Part shown: one piece after another, positions 30,799 to 41,018 of the stretch
Position numbering within the stretch: the stretch's first letter is position 1
Layout: every line of letters begins with the position of its first letter
From: an uncultured Nannocystaceae bacterium
GTDB lineage: Bacteria > Myxococcota_A > Bradymonadia > UBA7976 > UBA1532
Assembly (NCBI GenBank): GCA_964384025.1
Contig: CAYLJJ010000002.1
Span: forward strand, 130,189-194,188
Direction: 5' to 3'
DNA length: 64,000 bases
Translations under genes and position numbers: made by a program
The notes under the pieces: model-generated
What the model was told of the DNA's origin: nothing
What the model saw: only the letters and a program-made list of their open reading frames with translations
The model's database searches: none

Positions 30799-33700
30799 TC
30801 AGCGGCGACGGCGACGCATCGTAAAGATACTGAAGCCAAAGAGCAGGGCCATATGCCAGGGGACAGAAGATGGGATGCCTGGTACGTTCATGCAGAAACT
30901 TGAGCCTCCACCTCCAAAATTCGTACTCAGATCGGGTTCGAGCGGATCGGTCCCTGCTTCAATCTCTGCACCATCATCGATACCATCCCCGTCCGTATCC
31001 GATTGGATTGGGTCGGTCCCCTGTTCCAACTCAAAATCGTCGGAGAGACCATCGCCATCAGAGTCAGTATTCATCGGATCCATACCCCGATCTTTTTCCT
31101 CCTCGTTACTGATGCCATCGCCATCAGAGTCATCATCACAGAGGTCGCCCAGGTTGTCGTTGTCCAGATCCCCCTGATCGCTGTTGTTGTCGAGGTGACA
31201 GTTATCTTGATCATCACTGACACCGTCATTGTCTGAGTCATCATCGAAGGCATCGCTGTTGCCGTCACCGTCAGAGTCCAGCGTCCCCTCTGTACCATCA
31301 GGGATGCCGTCACCATCACTATCTGTATCAGTATAGTTAGGGTTACCATCGTTGTCGGTGTCCTCGTTACCTTCATCAATATCGAGAATACCGTCACCGT
31401 CGGAGTCTTCATCTAATGCATCAGAGATGCCGTCACCGTCGGTATCCTCACCACCTTCATCAAGATCAAGGATGCCGTCATCATCGGAGTCTTCATCGAG
31501 GTAGTTGGGGATATCATCATCATCGGGGTCTTCTCTACCTTCATCAGAATCGAGGATACCATCACCATCAGCATCAGTATCGATATAGTTTGAGGCGCCA
31601 TCATCGTCAGTATCCTCATCGCCTTCGACCACATCTCTGATGCCATCACCATCAGCATCAGTATCAAGGTAGTTGGGGATACCATCATCATCGACGTCGC
31701 TATCGCCCTCATCTATATCCAAGATATCATCGTTGTCTGAATCTGGATCGAGGTAGTTGGGGGTGCCATCGTTGTCAACATCATCGCGGCCCTCATCTGT
31801 GTCTAAGATCCCATCCCCATCCACATCATCATCGAGATAATTAGGGATGTTGTCACCGTCGAGATCCTGATTGCCATCTACAGCATCGCTGACACCGTCA
31901 TTATCTGAATCATCATCAAGATAATCAGGTAAATCATCGCCGTCGCTGTCGCCATCACCCTCATAATTGTCTGTCAGACCATCATTATCCGAGTCTTCGT
32001 CAAGATAATCAGGGATTCTATCACCATCGGCGTCACCGTTGCCCTCAACTTCATCGCTGATATTATCGTTGTCGGAGTCAGTATCGAGGAAATTGGGAAT
32101 GCCATCTTCATCTGCATCCTCATTACCTTCATCCTCATCCATGACACCATCACCGTCAGCATCTTCATCGAGATAGTTGGCAAGACCATCGCCATCTGGA
32201 TCGTCAAAGCCTTCATCTATATCGGAAACGCCATCGCCGTCCGTATCGGTGTCGAGATAATCGGGGATTCCGTCTTCATCATAGTCACCAAAGCCCTCAT
32301 CAGCATCAGGAATGCCATCATTATCTGAGTCTGTATCGAGATAAGCAGGTATTCCATCCTCATCATCGTCATTCATGCCCTCAATGGCATCACTAACGCC
32401 ATCATTGTCTGAGTCAGTATCGAGGCGATTGGGTATACCATCTTCATCGTTATCACCAAGGCCCTCATCACCATCATTTACGCCATCGTTATCAGAGTCT
32501 GTATCCCTGCGATCTGGGATACCATCCCCATCGCTGTCGTCGAGACCCTCATCCCCATCGTTGATACCATCATTATCTGAGTCTGTATCCTGACGATCCG
32601 GGGTTCCATCCTCATCTGCATCGCCGAGGCCCTCTTCACTGTCTGGGATGCTGTCATCATCAGAGTCATCATCGAGACGATCAGGGATGCCATCCTCATC
32701 GGCATCGCCGAGGCCCTCATCGCCGTCATTGAGGCCATCATTGTCAGAGTCTTCATCGAGGCGATCAGGGGTACCATCCTCATCGGTATCGCCGAGACCT
32801 TCGTCCCCATCGTCGATGCCATCATTATCAGAGTCACGATCAAGGTAGTCAGCTCGACCATCGTCATCAGAGTCTGGTGGCTCTGTTCCAATTTCCCCCT
32901 CACCGCGCTCATCGCTGTCAGAGAGACCATCATTATCGGAGTCCTCATCGAGGTAATCTGGAATTCCGTCCCTGTCTGCATCCGCGTCACCCTCATCGCT
33001 GTCGAGGATGCCATCATCGTCGGAATCATCGTCGAGGTAATCTGGAGTACCATCCTCGTCGGTGTCGCCATAACCCTCGTCGGCGTCGGGGATATCATCG
33101 TTATCAGAGTCATCGTCGAGGAAGTTACGCACGCCATCCTCATCCGTGTCCTCTCCCCCCTCGTTGAGGTCTGGAATGCCATCACCATCTGAATCATCAT
33201 CGAGATAGTTGGGCACACCGTCGCCGTCATCATCGCCGTTACCTTCAACTGTATCGCCGATGCCGTCGTCATCTGTATCGTTGTCGAGGTAGTCAGGCAC
33301 ACCATCGCCGTCGCTGTCGCCGAGGCCCTCATCCTCATCGTTCACGCCATCACCGTCTGCATCCTCGTCAAGGTAGTTGGGGGTGCCATCGCCGTCGTAA
33401 TCGCCGCCACCCTCATCAGCATCAGGGATGCCATCACCATCCGAGTCTTCGTCGAGGTAGTTGGGGACATCATCGCCATCGGGGTCTTCGTTGCCCTCCT
33501 CTCCGTCGGCTACGCCATCGCCATCTGAGTCCTCATCAAGGTAATCAGGTATGCCATCTTCGTCAGAGTCGCCTGCGCCCTCCTCCTCATCAGAGATACC
33601 ATCATCATCTGAATCCTCATCGCGATAATCGGAGGTACCATCTCCATCTGTATCTTCATCCCCCTCATCAGCGTCTGGGATGCCATCACCATCTGAGTCT

Positions 33701-36700
33701 TCATCTTGAGCGTTAAACACGCCATCACCATCATCATCATCGTCACCCTCAACGCTATCTGGGATGCCATCACCATCGGAGTCCTCATCAAGGTAATCAG
33801 GCACAGCGTCACCATCCGTATCTCCATCACCCTCATCAGCGTCGAGGATCTCATCACCATCCGAATCATCGTCGAGGTAATCGGACACGCCGTCACTGTC
33901 TGTATCTCCGTCGCCTTCGTCGGCGTCGAGGATGCCATCACCGTCAGAATCGTCGTCGAGGAAATCACGCACACCATCTTCATCGCTGTCTTCAGCACCC
34001 TCGGTGATGTCTAGGATGCCGTCGCCATCGCTGTCATCATCAAGGGCGTTGGGGATCTCATCGCCATCAAAGTCATCCAAGCCCTCAATGGTGTCGTTGA
34101 TGCCATCGCCGTCGGTGTCATTGTCGAGGTAGTCAGGGATGCCGTCGTCATCGCTGTCACCACGGCCCTCGTTCTGATCCTCAATACCGTCGCCGTCTGA
34201 ATCATCATCAAGATAATTGGGGGTGCCATCGCCATCGTGATCATCGCCCCCTTCTTCGATATCGGGGATGCCATCGTTATCAGCATCAGGATCAAGATAG
34301 TCGGGGATCTCATCGTTGTCGGAGTCGCCACCACCCTCGATAACATCGGGGATTCCATCATTGTCGGAGTCTGAATCGGTGTAATCAGGATCGCCATCCT
34401 GATCGTTGTCACCAAGACCCTCTTCAGCGTCATTGATGCCATCATTATCGCTGTCCTCTTCGAGGTAGTTGGGGATGCCATCCCCATCTGAATCGGCGTC
34501 TCCCTCGTCTGCGTCGTTGAGGCCGTCATTGTCGCTGTCGCTGTCGAGATAATCAGGGATCTCGTCTAGATCACTGTCCCCTCCACCCTCATCTAGGTCG
34601 CTGAGACCATCACCATCGCTGTCATCGTCGAGGTAGTTGGGGATCTCATCACCATCGCGATCGCCCTCGCCTTCATCCTCATCAAGGATCCCATCACCAT
34701 CGCTGTCATCGTCGAGGTAGTTGGGGATCTCATCCTCGTCGTCATCTTCACCACCCTCGCGGGCATCAGGGACTCCATCACCATCAGAATCCTCATCGAG
34801 ATAGTCAGGTGTCTCATCTTCGTCAGAGTCGCCATCGCCCTCATCCGCGTCGGAGAGGCCATCATCGTCAGAATCCTCGTCGAGGTAGTCGAGGATGCCA
34901 TCCCCATCGCTGTCAACGTCACCCTCTATGATGTCTGGGATATTATCGCCATCAGCATCCTCGTCGAGGAAGTCTGGCGTACCATCACCGTCGCTATCAC
35001 CACCGCCCTCCAGCTCATCATCAAGGCCATCACCGTCGCTGTCAGTGTCGAAACGGTTAGGCACACCATCCCCATCATGGTCGCCGTCTCCCTCTTGCTC
35101 ATCACTCACGCCGTCGTTGTCATCATCCAGGTCACCCAGGTCACAGAGACCATCCGCGTCGAAGTCGTCACCGTCATTGGCAGGATCGGTCCTCCCACTC
35201 ACGCAGTCATCGCAGGTATCACCATCGCTGTCCGCGCAGGCATTGGGGTTGAGCGGCATCTCATCAGCATGATCGAGGATGCCGTCATTGTCGTCATCGC
35301 GATCACCAGCATCACAGAGGCCATCACCATCAAAGTCATCACCGTCATTGGCAGGATCTGTGACTCCGCTTAAACAGTCATCGCAGGTATCCATATCTGC
35401 ATCAGCACAGCCGCCTGCGTTGTGGGGATCTGCATCATTTTCATCAATGATGCCATCGTTGTCATCATCAGGATCACCCGCATTGCAGAGACCATCGTGC
35501 TCGTAATCGTCGCCGTCGTTGTTTATATCATCAATACCACTGCTGCAATCGTCACAGCTGTCGTTATCTACATCACGACAAACATCAGGATTTTGGGGGG
35601 CGCTGTCTTCTTCATCGGGTACGTTGTCATTATCATCATCGGGATCACCTGTGTCGCAGATACCATCCGCGTCGAAATCATCACCGTCTTCAGCGGGATT
35701 GGTTACACCAGAGAGGCAATCATCACAGTTGTCATTGTCGCTATCGCCACAGACGTTGGGGTTCTGCGGGGCGCTGTCTTCATCATCAGGGATATTGTCG
35801 TTGTCGTCGTCGGGATCGCCCGCATCGCAGAGGCCATCTCCTTCAAAATCTACACCGTCGGCAGCGGGGTTGGCTACACCAGAGAGGCAATCATCGCAGG
35901 TGTCGCGATCACTGTCACCACAGATGTTGGGGTTCTGCGACGCTGAGTCCTCAAGATCAGGGATGTTATCGTTGTCATCATCAGGATCACCCAGGTCGCA
36001 GAGGCCATCGTTCTCAAAGTCAACGCCGTCATTGGCAGGGTCAAACGAGCCGCTGGTGCAGTCATCACAAGTATCATTGTCGCTGTCTGTACAGACGTTG
36101 ATGTTGTGAGGTGCGCTGTCGCCGTTGTCGTTTACACCATCGTTGTCATCGTCGGGATCACCAGCATCGCAGAGACCATCATCATCAAAATCGGCGCCAT
36201 CATTCGCGGGATTGGTAACACCAGAGAGACAATCATCACAGCTGTCATTGTCAGTATCGCCGCAGAGATTGGGGTTTTGAGGTGTCTCATCTTGAGCGTC
36301 AGGGACGTTGTCGTTGTCATCATCAGGATCGCCCGCGTCACAGAGACCATCGTCGTCAAAATCAGCGCCATCGTTGGCAGGGGCGAATAGACCGCTCACA
36401 CAATCATCACAGGTATCAGCGTCGTTATCTGTGCAAATGTTGGGATTTCGTGGCGCGCTGTCGTCGCCATCAAGCACATTGTCATTATCATCATCTGCGT
36501 CGCCTGCATCACAGACACCATCACCGTCGGAGTCTAAACCGTCATCTCCGGGAGCAAAGCTGCCATTGACACAATCATCGCAGGTGTCGTTGTCGCTGTC
36601 GGCGCAGAGGTTGGGGTTCTTCGGAGCAACATCAGCGTTATCGTTGATACCATCATTGTCGTCATCATCATCACCGACATCACAAGCGCCATCAGCGTCG

Positions 36701-39700
36701 AAGTCCGCGCCATCGTTGTTCGGATCTACTGTGCCGCTTACACAGTCATCACAGAAATCGCCGTCAGAGTCCGCGCAAACATGTGGGTTAAAGGGCGCGT
36801 TGTCATCGTCATCATTTATACCGTCGTTGTCATCATCTCGATCACCCGCATTGCAAGCTCCATCGCCGTCTGTATCCACACCATCATTGGCAGGATCTAG
36901 GCTACCGCCGCTGCAGTCATCACAAGTATCACCGTCACTGTCAGCGCAGATGTTGGGATTGAGAGGAGCAGAGTCTTGGTCGTCATCGGCGCCATCGTTA
37001 TCATCATCAGCGTCGCCCAGATCACATGCACCATCGGCGTCACTATCTAGACCGTCGTCGTTGGGATTGGAGGCGCCGTTGACGCAGTCATCACAGGAAT
37101 CACCGTCGCTGTCAGCGCACACGTTGGGGTTGAGTGGATTGCCGTCGTCAGCGTCGTTGATCCCATCATTATCGTCATCCACATCACCTGCGTTACAGAG
37201 CCCATCAGCGTCCGTGTCGAGGCCATCATTGGTGAAGTCAAACGTGCCGCTCACACAATCGTCACAGGTATCGTTATCGAGATCGATGCAGACGTTGGGG
37301 TTGAGAGGTGCGCTGTCCTCAGCATCATCTACATCATCATTGTCGTCATCAGTGTCACAGGCATCGCCGCTGAGATCACCATCTGTATCAGTTTGATCAG
37401 GGTTGGGAGTGTCGATACAGTTGTCATCTACATTGGGAACACTGTCGTTGTCGTCATCGTAAAGCGTAGCGGGACAACTAAAGTTGACAGCTGTTTCAGC
37501 ACCATCATCATCGGTAACACTCAGTCTAAAATTGGCGGATCCCGCACGAGCTTCAGCTACTGTAACCTGCCAGAGCAGGGTACAATCCTCAATAATCGCT
37601 TGCTCAGGCAGCGCCACGGCGTTGCAGGTGATTATATCGGTGATGTCGGGATCGGTGATCTCCAAATCGATCTCAACCAGATCGCCATCACCAACCCCCG
37701 CTGGACAGCTTGACACCACAGCAGGCGCCACATTGTTCACGGTCACGTCGATAGTGGCCTGAGCTGAGAGCCCAGCCAGATCGGTGACGCTCACGCGGAT
37801 TTGATCAACGCGAGGACCGTCAGTGTTGGGTGTATAGGTGATCAGTGGCCCTTGATTGTCGGGATTATTCGCAAACTCTGGTGCAGGGATAATGGTGCCA
37901 GAGCCTGAGATGAGTTCATAAGAGTAGGTCATCCCGAGAACACCCTCGGGATCTTCAGCATCGATCGTGATCTGTACAGGCGCGGGTAGCGCATTGTAGG
38001 GCCCACCGACGCTATTGATCACCGGAGGCAGCTCATTCACCAGGAGTTGAATCGAGGCGGAACCATAGGAGCACTCGGTGCAGTCAGGCTGGGTCACGCC
38101 GTCATAACACTCACCGTTCCACTGAGCATCGTCACAGATCCGCACAGGCAGCGCGATGAAGTCGCCCTCAGCCATCCCGTCCAGGATCGTAAAGGTCACC
38201 GGCCCATCGGTGGCGTTCTCACCCACATCATCATAATCGCCATCGAGGTTGAGATCGATATGCATGCTGGTGATGTGTTCAGGGATGCCTGGATCCCGGT
38301 TGCCGTCGCCAGGGAACACATCATAAGCCTCATCAGGATCGTAGCTGGCGCTCAAATCGATGGTGACATCATGACCAACATAGCCACGATAGCGCGCGTT
38401 GGGGTCCGTCGGGTGCGTGATGATGATCGGTTTATGGTTATCCAAAGAGAGTTGAATCTGAACAGAGTCGTAATCATAATAGGTTCGACCACTATTGTCT
38501 GTCACGCCGAGAGTAACATTGTGGTTTTCAACATCTCCCCAACCTATATCAGAGTCATATTGGTAAACAGGTCTTTCATATGGATTATCGGTTGTAAACT
38601 CCCAGACAATCTCATCACCTGTGACATTGCCATCTCCGTTCGTGTCATCCCCAGGTTCGTCAACCACATTCCAACGAAAACTTACAATTTCGACAGCTGG
38701 ATCTAGGACATAAGACCAGGAATGATCAAAAACGATATCCATACCTGGGCCAGCAAGCTGTGGTGTTGCACGTCCATAAGGGCTAACTTCAAGCCAGCTC
38801 TGAATAATTTGAACCGACAACGCAGTTCGTTCATGGACGTTAATATATCCACCCCAACTCCAATTCCCTGACCAGTTCCAACTTCCATCAGCTCGTTGAA
38901 CCGGAAGCAAAAAGTCGGTGTAATAAGCGCTCCAGTCTTGATTGGCTCCAGCATTTGGCAAGTAACGAATCTCGGGATCGAAAGAACGCAATCCCTTTGT
39001 ATTTGCATATATGTAGTACAATCCCCAAAAACCATGTGAGGTATTCGAGATAGTTTGAATACTATTTAGATGTGAAACATGCTGCGCGTTGTTATAGTCG
39101 AATATTTCATTATCGACCCATCCATAACCAACAAGTGCGTTTCCAGAAAGTTTTGGTCCTCCATGGTGATAAGAACATGAGCCATTATTACAATAGCTCT
39201 GAAGCCATGATCTCTGGCGATCTTTAGCAAATTGGTAGGTATCCGTTCCAAACTTTCTTTCAAGAAGCCTTAATGCTTCAGGAGCCCAACCATTTGTTGA
39301 TGCATCGCTTGTACCCCCTGACATGCTACCACATGAGTAGTACCATCCACCATCTCCTCTTGCGCAATAAACTAAACCATCAGCCATATCTTGACCGAGA
39401 TCTCTAAGAGTACGATTAATAATTCCAGCATTTCCAGCTGGTGAAACATAATCAGGGTTACCAAATCCAACCATTGGTTCTACCCATGCTGTGCTTACAT
39501 AGCTCGACCAATGGCCACTTTGATCCATCAGTCCACTATTGGTCATCGAAATACCTTGGCCATTGACACCCACATTGTTATTGTCGTCGAAGCCAACATT
39601 TGTCATTGTCATCATTGTCATTAAACTGTGGATACCGCACTGAGTCATATGGCGATAATAAGGATCCGTTTCTAATCCTTCGCCATGGCCATGACCACGT

Positions 39701-40350
39701 CGAAGAAAAGCATTAAGAGCATGGCCTGTTCCATAGATATCAACCTTTGCTGCTTGATACCAGCATGTATGGACGTTGTGACCTTGGCCATCATTAGTTC
39801 GGTGGGTGAAATTACGGAACATATACCAAAGGCCACGATCTACTGCGCGGTTGGACATGACCTTGCGAGTCATGCTGATGCTCTCTTCACCTTGACAGTC
39901 ACCCGCGACGACACCGTCAGAGAGGTTTCCGCTGCAGATGCGATCCACGCGGATGAGCACTGGCATCACCGCGCTGGCCACCTCGTTGCCGCAGGTAACC
40001 TCTACCTTGGGGTAATAGAGGCGATCTCCAAGCGCATTGGCAAAGGTGACCTCAAGGTGCAGAGGCGCAAAGTAGCCCGCATAGTTTGAATTGTTAGCTG
40101 CCTGAGAGCCCTCGTTGGCGTCGTTGAAATCACCATCACCATTCCAATCCCAACGATAGGTATAGCTCCCGCCACAGTTGCCACCTTCGGCGATAGCCTG
40201 CAACATCGTGGGCATGTTGTTTAAGGCGGGGTGTGGAATATCTGGGTTGCTCTGTACCCAAGGTATCGCGGTGACCTCTAACTGCGCCAGAGCTTGACTT
40301 CCGAAGAAGCTTGCCGTGAGCGCGAGGACTACGGATAAGGATCTTTTCAT
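30799..40350 (-). CDS. Giant (about 3180 aa) secreted protein: signal peptide, an about 850-aa N-terminal globular region of unknown fold, then over 100 thrombospondin type 3-like Ca-binding repeats (D.D.DG..D..D) in two sub-arrays, ending in a MYXO-CTERM-like tail
   Basis: Signal MKRSLSVVLALTASFFGSQALA (start moved to the internal Met); repeats CADSDGD.CDDC..G...P..DG.D.D.DG.CD.GD.DDDNDG..D, then D.DSDGDGIPD..EG.GD.D.D..PDYLD; C-terminal ...GGGGSSFCMNVPG...ALLFGFSIFTMRRRRR. Confidence 0.8.
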   Translation of the reverse strand: MKRSLSVVLALTASFFGSQALAQLEVTAIPWVQSNPDIPHPALNNMPTMLQAIAEGGNCGGSYTYRWDWNGDGDFNDANEGSQAANNSNYAGYFAPLHLEVTFANALGDRLYYPKVEVTCGNEVASAVMPVLIRVDRICSGNLSDGVVAGDCQGEESISMTRKVMSNRAVDRGLWYMFRNFTHRTNDGQGHNVHTCWYQAAKVDIYGTGHALNAFLRRGHGHGEGLETDPYYRHMTQCGIHSLMTMMTMTNVGFDDNNNVGVNGQGISMTNSGLMDQSGHWSSYVSTAWVEPMVGFGNPDYVSPAGNAGIINRTLRDLGQDMADGLVYCARGDGGWYYSCGSMSGGTSDASTNGWAPEALRLLERKFGTDTYQFAKDRQRSWLQSYCNNGSCSYHHGGPKLSGNALVGYGWVDNEIFDYNNAQHVSHLNSIQTISNTSHGFWGLYYIYANTKGLRSFDPEIRYLPNAGANQDWSAYYTDFLLPVQRADGSWNWSGNWSWGGYINVHERTALSVQIIQSWLEVSPYGRATPQLAGPGMDIVFDHSWSYVLDPAVEIVSFRWNVVDEPGDDTNGDGNVTGDEIVWEFTTDNPYERPVYQYDSDIGWGDVENHNVTLGVTDNSGRTYYDYDSVQIQLSLDNHKPIIITHPTDPNARYRGYVGHDVTIDLSASYDPDEAYDVFPGDGNRDPGIPEHITSMHIDLNLDGDYDDVGENATDGPVTFTILDGMAEGDFIALPVRICDDAQWNGECYDGVTQPDCTECSYGSASIQLLVNELPPVINSVGGPYNALPAPVQITIDAEDPEGVLGMTYSYELISGSGTIIPAPEFANNPDNQGPLITYTPNTDGPRVDQIRVSVTDLAGLSAQATIDVTVNNVAPAVVSSCPAGVGDGDLVEIDLEITDPDITDIITCNAVALPEQAIIEDCTLLWQVTVAEARAGSANFRLSVTDDDGAETAVNFSCPATLYDDDNDSVPNVDDNCIDTPNPDQTDTDGDLSGDACDTDDDNDDVDDAEDSAPLNPNVCIDLDNDTCDDCVSGTFDFTNDGLDTDADGLCNAGDVDDDNDGINDADDGNPLNPNVCADSDGDSCDDCVNGASNPNDDGLDSDADGACDLGDADDDNDGADDDQDSAPLNPNICADSDGDTCDDCSGGSLDPANDGVDTDGDGACNAGDRDDDNDGINDDDDNAPFNPHVCADSDGDFCDDCVSGTVDPNNDGADFDADGACDVGDDDDDNDGINDNADVAPKNPNLCADSDNDTCDDCVNGSFAPGDDGLDSDGDGVCDAGDADDDNDNVLDGDDSAPRNPNICTDNDADTCDDCVSGLFAPANDGADFDDDGLCDAGDPDDDNDNVPDAQDETPQNPNLCGDTDNDSCDDCLSGVTNPANDGADFDDDGLCDAGDPDDDNDGVNDNGDSAPHNINVCTDSDNDTCDDCTSGSFDPANDGVDFENDGLCDLGDPDDDNDNIPDLEDSASQNPNICGDSDRDTCDDCLSGVANPAADGVDFEGDGLCDAGDPDDDNDNIPDDEDSAPQNPNVCGDSDNDNCDDCLSGVTNPAEDGDDFDADGICDTGDPDDDNDNVPDEEDSAPQNPDVCRDVDNDSCDDCSSGIDDINNDGDDYEHDGLCNAGDPDDDNDGIIDENDADPHNAGGCADADMDTCDDCLSGVTDPANDGDDFDGDGLCDAGDRDDDNDGILDHADEMPLNPNACADSDGDTCDDCVSGRTDPANDGDDFDADGLCDLGDLDDDNDGVSDEQEGDGDHDGDGVPNRFDTDSDGDGLDDELEGGGDSDGDGTPDFLDEDADGDNIPDIIEGDVDSDGDGILDYLDEDSDDDGLSDADEGDGDSDEDETPDYLDEDSDGDGVPDAREGGEDDDEDEIPNYLDDDSDGDGILDEDEGEGDRDGDEIPNYLDDDSDGDGLSDLDEGGGDSDLDEIPDYLDSDSDNDGLNDADEGDADSDGDGIPNYLEEDSDNDGINDAEEGLGDNDQDGDPDYTDSDSDNDGIPDVIEGGGDSDNDEIPDYLDPDADNDGIPDIEEGGDDHDGDGTPNYLDDDSDGDGIEDQNEGRGDSDDDGIPDYLDNDTDGDGINDTIEGLDDFDGDEIPNALDDDSDGDGILDITEGAEDSDEDGVRDFLDDDSDGDGILDADEGDGDTDSDGVSDYLDDDSDGDEILDADEGDGDTDGDAVPDYLDEDSDGDGIPDSVEGDDDDDGDGVFNAQDEDSDGDGIPDADEGDEDTDGDGTSDYRDEDSDDDGISDEEEGAGDSDEDGIPDYLDEDSDGDGVADGEEGNEDPDGDDVPNYLDEDSDGDGIPDADEGGGDYDGDGTPNYLDEDADGDGVNDEDEGLGDSDGDGVPDYLDNDTDDDGIGDTVEGNGDDDGDGVPNYLDDDSDGDGIPDLNEGGEDTDEDGVRNFLDDDSDNDDIPDADEGYGDTDEDGTPDYLDDDSDDDGILDSDEGDADADRDGIPDYLDEDSDNDGLSDSDERGEGEIGTEPPDSDDDGRADYLDRDSDNDGIDDGDEGLGDTDEDGTPDRLDEDSDNDGLNDGDEGLGDADEDGIPDRLDDDSDDDSIPDSEEGLGDADEDGTPDRQDTDSDNDGINDGDEGLDDSDGDGIPDRRDTDSDNDGVNDGDEGLGDNDEDGIPNRLDTDSDNDGVSDAIEGMNDDDEDGIPAYLDTDSDNDGIPDADEGFGDYDEDGIPDYLDTDTDGDGVSDIDEGFDDPDGDGLANYLDEDADGDGVMDEDEGNEDADEDGIPNFLDTDSDNDNISDEVEGNGDADGDRIPDYLDEDSDNDGLTDNYEGDGDSDGDDLPDYLDDDSDNDGVSDAVDGNQDLDGDNIPNYLDDDVDGDGILDTDEGRDDVDNDGTPNYLDPDSDNDDILDIDEGDSDVDDDGIPNYLDTDADGDGIRDVVEGDEDTDDDGASNYIDTDADGDGILDSDEGREDPDDDDIPNYLDEDSDDDGILDLDEGGEDTDGDGISDALDEDSDGDGILDIDEGNEDTDNDGNPNYTDTDSDGDGIPDGTEGTLDSDGDGNSDAFDDDSDNDGVSDDQDNCHLDNNSDQGDLDNDNLGDLCDDDSDGDGISNEEEKDRGMDPMNTDSDGDGLSDDFELEQGTDPIQSDTDGDGIDDGAEIEAGTDPLEPDLSTNFGGGGSSFCMNVPGIPSSVPWHMALLFGFSIFTMRRRRR
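30957..37770 (-). repeat. Intragenic TSP3-like repeat arrays (about 165-bp units, then about 70-bp units)
   Basis: A dense periodic GA(T/C) Asp-codon pattern. Confidence 0.7.
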
Positions 40351-40619
40351 CTTTACCTCCCCAGCGGTGCTCATCTCACCGCTTAAGTTTGGGCGAACCT
40401 AAACTCCGACTATACGGGGTAAACAGATCTCTGCAACAGTGGAGTTGGCCGGTCGGAGGCTACCGAATTTGATGATTGAATCATTTTCAAGGTTTACGCC
40501 CGCTCACCGCTCCGGCAATAACGTGAGTCTCATGACTGATTTTCATGACATTAGAAACCGCTAAGGTCTTGGAAGGAAGGTCTCAATTAGATTCTCCTTG
40601 GCGGCTATGTGACGAGTAG

Positions 40620-40900
40620 GGATGGAAATTTAATATCAATGCTCATCTGCACTATTTACCAGATGAACATCTTCCAAACAGCAGTAATTATATAAAAAAC
40701 AACTAGTTTTTTCTTGAAAAGACGTTTAATTAAGAGCTCTACGGTATATTAGTAGTACCAATGGGCCATAATTAGATATGGATATTGTGAAGAGAATTAC
40801 TGCATTGAATATACTATATATTAAGGGTTGGAAGCTGGGAATATAGTTCCTTTTAATAATACCAGCTGGACACTACTGAAGAGTAGAGTGATTAACAAGC
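40620..40900. promoter_or_regulatory. Anomalously AT-rich (about 30% GC) roughly 280-bp block in the 640-bp upstream region of the giant TSP3 gene; candidate promoter / UP / nucleoid-protein binding region, or a mobile remnant
   Basis: 'tttaatatcaatgctcatctgcactatttacc...atataaaaaacaactagttttttcttgaaaagacgtttaattaag...atatactatatattaagg' stands out against roughly 58% GC flanks. Confidence 0.3.
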
Positions 40901-41018
40901 TTCATCCGTGCCCATACGCTCGTCAGCGCTCCTTGCAACTCATGGCGCTCTAACATCCTATCATTGAGGAAAGATAGCCAGCACTGAGGCAAACTTTAGG
41001 AGAAGCTCAGGGGGGTGT

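Noticed and set aside
31003-38706. Dozens of ORFs on both strands inside the TSP3 giant gene, including a 362-aa Ser-rich plus-strand ORF at 36308-37396 and a 286-aa minus-strand ORF at 32478-33338
   Set aside because: These are low-complexity translations (S/P-rich, T/M-rich) of Asp-codon repeats. The minus-strand frame of 30799-40350 is continuous for 3191 codons and carries the coherent domain structure.
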